DNA of 12,102 nt, taken from the NCBI RefSeq assembly GCF_006345805.1, contig NW_021826977.1, positions 1 through 12,102 of the forward strand, read 5' to 3'. Below the pieces are notes generated by a model, which was given only the letters and a program-made list of their open reading frames with translations, searched no databases and was not told where the DNA came from. Shown one piece after another: positions 7,730 through 12,102 of the stretch. Position 1 is the stretch's first letter, and the number at the start of each line of letters is the position of its first letter. Position numbers and translations under genes: made by a program. This DNA is from Octopus sinensis. Lineage: Eukaryota.

Positions 7730-9962
7730 TATTTCTTTACTACCCACAAGGGGCTAAACACAGAGAGGACAAACAAGGACAGACAAAGGGATTAAGTCGA
7801 TTATATCGACCCCAGTAACTGGTACTTAATTTATCGACCCCGAAAGGATAAAAGGCAAAGTCGACCTCGGCGGAATTTGAACTCAGAACGTAGCGGCAGA
7901 CGAAATACCCATTTCGTTACTACCCACAAGGGGCTGAACACAGAGGAGACAAACAAGGACAGACAAACGGATTAAGTCGATTACATCGACCCCAGTGCGT
8001 AACTGGTACTTATTTAATCGACCCCGAAAGGATAAAAGGCAAAGTCGACCTCGGCGGAATTTGAACTCAGAACGTAGCGGCATACGAAATACCTATTTCT
8101 TTACTACCCACAAGGGACTAAACACAGAGAGGACAAACAAGGACAGACAAAGGGATTAAGTCGATTATATCGACCCCAGTAACTGGTACTTAATTTATCG
8201 ACCCCGAAAGGATAAAAGGCAAAGTCGACGTCGGCGGAATTTGAACTCAGAACGTAGCGGCAGACGAAATACCCATTTCTTTACTACCCACAAGGGGCTA
8301 AACACAGAGGGGACAAACAAGGACAGACAAACGGATTAAGTCGATTACATCGACCCCAGTGCATAACTGGTACTTATTTAATCGACCCCGAAAGGATAAA
8401 AGGCGAAGTCGACCTCGGCGGAATTTGAACTTAGAACGTAGCGGCAGACGAAATACCTATTTTTTTTACTACTCACAAGGGGCTAAACACAGAGGGAACA
8501 AACAAGGACAGACAAACGGATTAAGTCGATTACATCGACCCAGTGCGTAACTGGTACTTAATTTATCGACCCCGAAAGGATAAAAGGCAAAGTCGAAACC
8601 TCGGCGGAATTTGCGGAATTTGAACTCAGAACGTAGCGGCATACGAAATACCTATTTCTTACTACCCACAAGGGACTAAACACAGAGAGGACAAACAAGG
8701 ACAGACAAAGGGATTAAGTCGATTATATCGACCCCAGTAACTGGTACTTATTTAATCGACCCCGAAAGGATAAAGGCAAAGTCGACCTCGCGGAATTTGA
8801 ACTCAGAACGTAGCGGCAGACGAAATACCCATTTCTTTACTCACACGGGGCTAACACAGAGGGGACAAACAAGGACAGACAAACGGATTAAGTCGATTAC
8901 ATCGACCCCAGTGCATAACTGGTACTTATTTAATCGACCCCGAAAGGATAAAAGGCGAAGTCGACCTCGGCGGAATTTGAACTTAGAACGTAGCGGCAGA
9001 CGAAATACCTATTTTTTTACTACTCACAAGGGGCTAAACACAGAGGGAACAAACAAGGACAGACAAACGGATTAAGTCGATTACATCGCCCAGTGCGTAA
9101 CTGGTACTTAATTTATGACCCCGAAAGGATAAAAGGCAAAGTCGACCTCGCGGAATTTGAACTCAGAACGTAGCGGCATACGAAATACCTATTCTTTACT
9201 ACCCACAAGGGACTAAACACAGAGAGGACAAACAAGGACAGACAAAGGGATTAAGCGATTATATCGACCCCAGTAACTGGTACTTATTTAATCGACCCCG
9301 AAAGGATAAAAGGCAAAGTCGACCGGCGCGAATTTGAACTCAGAACGTAGCGGCAGACGAATACCCATTTCTTTACTACCCACAAGGGGCTAAACACAGA
9401 GGGGACAAACAAGGACAGACAAACGGATTAAGTCGATTACATCGACCCCAGTGCATAACTGGTACTTATTTAATCGACCCCGAAGGATAAAAGGCAAAGT
9501 CGACGTCGCGGCGGAATTTGAACTCAGAACGTAGCGGCATACGAAATACCTATTTCTTTACTACACACAAGGGACTAAACACAGAGAGGACAAACAAGGA
9601 CAGACAAAGGGATTAAGTCGATTATATCGACCCCAGTAACTGGTACTTAATTTATCGACCCCGAAAGGTTAAAAGGCAAAGTCGACGTCGGCGGAATTTG
9701 AACTTAGAACGTAGCGGCAGACGAAATACCTATTTTTTTTACTACTCACAAGGGGCTAAACACAGAGGGGACAAACAAGGACAGGCAAACGGATTAAGTC
9801 GATTATATCGACCCCAGTGCGTAACTGGTACTTAATTTATCGACCCCGAAAGGATAAAAGGCAAAGTCGACCTCTGCGGAATTTGAACTCAGAACGTAGC
9901 GGCAGACGAAATACCGCTAAGCATTTCGCCCGGAGTACTAACGATTCTGCCAGGTCGCCGCC
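7730..9962 (-). mobile_element. Family A array: 47-bp head + 12 units with higher-order structure
   Basis: Head 9916-9962. Unit boundaries at 7730, 7910, 8094, 8274, 8458, 8653, 8830, 9010, 9190, 9366, 9551, 9731. Confidence 0.93.
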
Positions 9963-10084
9963 TTTTCTGCCAGGAAGAACATAACCGCTACCTTACCCCA
10001 ACTCAATTTTAACGATTTTTTGGGTTTTTTTTTTTTTTGGTTTAGGATAATTCTTTTGCTTCTTAATCAAGCAGAAAAAATGGC

Positions 10085-10723
10085 TACTCTTTACTCTTTT
10101 ACTCGTTTCAGTCATTTGACTGCGGCCATGCTGGAGCACCGCTTTTAGTTGAGCAAATCGACCCCAGGACGTATTCTTTGTAAGCCTAGTACTTATTCTA
10201 TCGGTCTCGTTTTGCCGAACCGCTAAGTGACGGGGACGTAAACACACCAGCATCGGTTGTTAAGCGATGTTCGGGTGGGGAGACAAACATAGACACACAA
10301 ATATATACACACACATACATACATTATTAATACATATATATATATACGACAAGCTTCTTTCAGTTTCCGTCTACCAAATACACTCACAAGGTTTTGGTCG
10401 GCCCAAGGCTATAGTAGAAGACACTTACCCAAGGTGTCACGCAGTGGGACTGAACCCGGAACCATGTGGTTGGTAAGTAAGCTACTTACCACACAGCCAC
10501 TCCTACGCTTATATATATATATATATATATATACACAAACACACACACACATACATATATACGACGGGCTTCTTTCAGTTTCCGTCTACCAAATCCACTC
10601 ACAAGGCTTTGGTTGGCCCGAGGCTATAGTAGAAGACACTTGCCCAAGGTGTCACGCAGTGGGACTGAACCGGAACTATGCGGTTGGTAAGCAAGCTACT
10701 TACAACACAGCCACTCCTACGCT

Positions 10724-10782
<59 letters not shown>

Positions 10783-10958
10783 AACACACACCCACATACA
10801 TATATACGACGAGCTTCTTTCAGTTTCCGTTTACCAAATCCACTCACAAGGCTTTGGTCGGTCCAAGGCTATAGCAGAAGACACTTGCCCAAGATGCCAC
10901 ACAGTGGGACTGAACCCGGAACCATGCGGTTGGTAAGCAAGCTACTTACCACACAGCC
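10085..10958 (-). mobile_element. Family B SINE with three tandem head modules
   Basis: One tail/body (10085-~10345) and three head modules whose 5' ends lie at ~10508, ~10722 and 10958 (the last 5'-truncated), separated by TA/CA tracts. Confidence 0.9.
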
Positions 10959-11098
10959 TTTGCTGATTTCTGTTTCACTGGTGTCAATAGTGATCGTAGT
11001 GGTGTAGCTCTCATTTCTACTACCCTCTGTCTGTCTGTGTGTCTCTTTTTTGTCTTCGCATTCCCGCTGTTGATTTCACATGCTTCGCGAGCTCTCAC

Positions 11099-11257
11099 AT
11101 TGCTGAGGCTGTTGTTGTTGTTGTTGTTGTTCATGTCGCTGGGAGTGATTGAATATGAGGAGAGGGGAACCCCCCCTTTTGTGGAAGGGCTGTTGGGAGG
11201 AACGGCTCCCATGATGATTGCTAATGCCGACGGTAATGGTGATGATGACGACGTCAT
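11099..11257 (-). CDS. Candidate first coding exon (Ser/Pro/Asn-rich), unconfirmed
   Basis: MTSSSSPLPSALAIIMGAVPPNSPSTKGGVPLSSYSITPSDMNNNNNNNSLSN; ATG in CAAG-ATG context with an upstream in-frame stop; possible donor AT|GTGAGA at 11099/11098. No homology recognised; may be low-complexity non-coding DNA. Confidence 0.25.
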
Positions 11258-11289
11258 CTTGTTTGCTTGCGTTTTAATTTAGTGCAATA

Positions 11290-11703
11290 GGCGTAGGAGT
11301 GGCTGTGTGGTAAGTAGCTTGCTAACCAACCACATGGTTCCGGGTTCAGTCCCATTGCGTGGCATCTTGGGCAAGTGTCTTCTGTTATTGCCCCGGGCCG
11401 ACCAAAGCCTTGTGAGTGAATTTAGTAGACGGAAACTGAAAGAAGCCTGTTGTATATATTTATATATATATATATGTGTGTGTGTTTGTGTGTTTGTGTT
11501 TGTCCCCCTAGCATTGCTTCACAACCGATGCTGGTGTGTTTACGTCCCCGTCACTTAGCGGTTCGGCAAAAGAGACCGATAGAATAAGTACTTGGCTTAC
11601 AAAGTATAAGTCCCGGGGTCGATTTGCTCGACTAAAGTCGGCGCTCCAGCATGGCCGCAGTCAAATGACTGAAACAAGTAAAAGAGTAAAAGAGTAAGAG
11701 TAG
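11290..11703 (+). mobile_element. Family B tRNA-headed SINE, full length
   Basis: Starts GGCGTAGGAG; A box TGGCTGTGTGG 11300-11310; B box GGGTTCAGTCCC 11342-11353; internal TA/TG tract; (AGTAAAAG)n tail. Confidence 0.93.
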
Positions 11704-11904
11704 ATAATTAAATGATTAAATACTGCCCCCTACTGAGCGGAAACAACCACCGAATACCTGCCAAAAGGTTTCTGGCGTACTTATTGTCAGTTTATAACAA
11801 AAATTAATAACATATATTTGTAAAGAGAGGGTGAAAAACACAATTTAAAGGATAACTTTCGAAGCGTGTCCAAAAGAACACATCACGTATTCCGCAGCGT
11901 TAAA

Positions 11905-11963
11905 TTTTGGTACAAGGGCCAGAAATTTCGTGGGAGGGGGTAAGTCCATGATATTAACCCCAC
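11905..11963 (-). mobile_element. Diverged 3' fragment of a Family A-related SINE with a different tail
   Basis: Minus TGGGGTTAATATCATGGACTTACCCCC resembles the Family A motif TGGGGTCGATGTAATCGACTTA, followed by unrelated sequence. Confidence 0.4.
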
Positions 11964-11968
11964 TAAAA

Positions 11969-12102
11969 GGCAGCGAGCTGGCAGAAACGTTAGCACACCG
12001 GGCGAAATGCTTAGCGGTATTGCGGCTGTCGTTGCGTTCTGAGTTCAATTCCGCCGAGGTCGACTTTGCCTTTCATCCTTTCGGAGTCGATAAATTAAGT
12101 AC
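11969..12102 (+). mobile_element. Family A element, head and first unit, cut by the window end
   Basis: GGCAGCGAGCTGGCAGAAACGTTAGC..GAGTTCAATTCCGCCGAGGTCGAC.. matches 2124 onward. Confidence 0.92.

Noticed and set aside
2434-9075. ORF-track proteins inside Family A arrays (2434-2622, 7883-8083, 8359-8550, 8797-9075)
   Set aside because: Chance frames through a non-coding repeat; broken by indels between units and no recognisable domain.
8458-9550. Many 1-2-bp indels in the middle units as biological divergence
   Set aside because: Scattered single-base losses in homopolymers and conserved motifs look like unpolished long-read error; not used as evidence.
7730-9962. CRISPR-like array
   Set aside because: Units are contiguous near-identical repeats with no unique spacers; eukaryotic context and no cas genes.
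11037-11282. Plus-strand 81-aa hydrophobic ORF
   Set aside because: The poly-Leu comes from the (GTT)n run; no homology or splice support.
11290-11703. Assigning published names (octopus OK/OR1/OR2, or CORE/Meta/Ceph domains) to Families A and B
   Set aside because: Cannot be verified without a Repbase, Dfam or SINEBase comparison.

Overview
Eukaryotic, AT- and microsatellite-rich, almost entirely repeat-derived DNA. The repeat families look like those of an octopus (Octopus-like coleoid cephalopod); this is recognition from memory, not a search. No intact protein-coding gene is supported. Contents: (1) Family A, a tRNA-headed SINE-like element built as a 47-bp head plus n copies of a ~184-bp unit, present as arrays of 3+3, 5 and 12 units plus one copy cut by the window end. 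Two arrays are bounded by target-site duplications, and one of them cleanly splits a decayed RTE-clade reverse-transcriptase fragment. (2) Family B, a second tRNA-headed SINE with an internal (TA/TG)n tract, in four copies, one with a triplicated head. (3) A cluster at 3.5-4.3 kb of three minimal type I hammerhead-ribozyme motifs of the Penelope-like-element kind. One lies at the 3' end of a tRNA-headed element that carries an inverted copy of its own hammerhead segment at its 5' end, the most interesting object in the window. (4) A probable non-autonomous Helitron-like partial tandem, microsatellites, and a few weak candidate exon or promoter signals.
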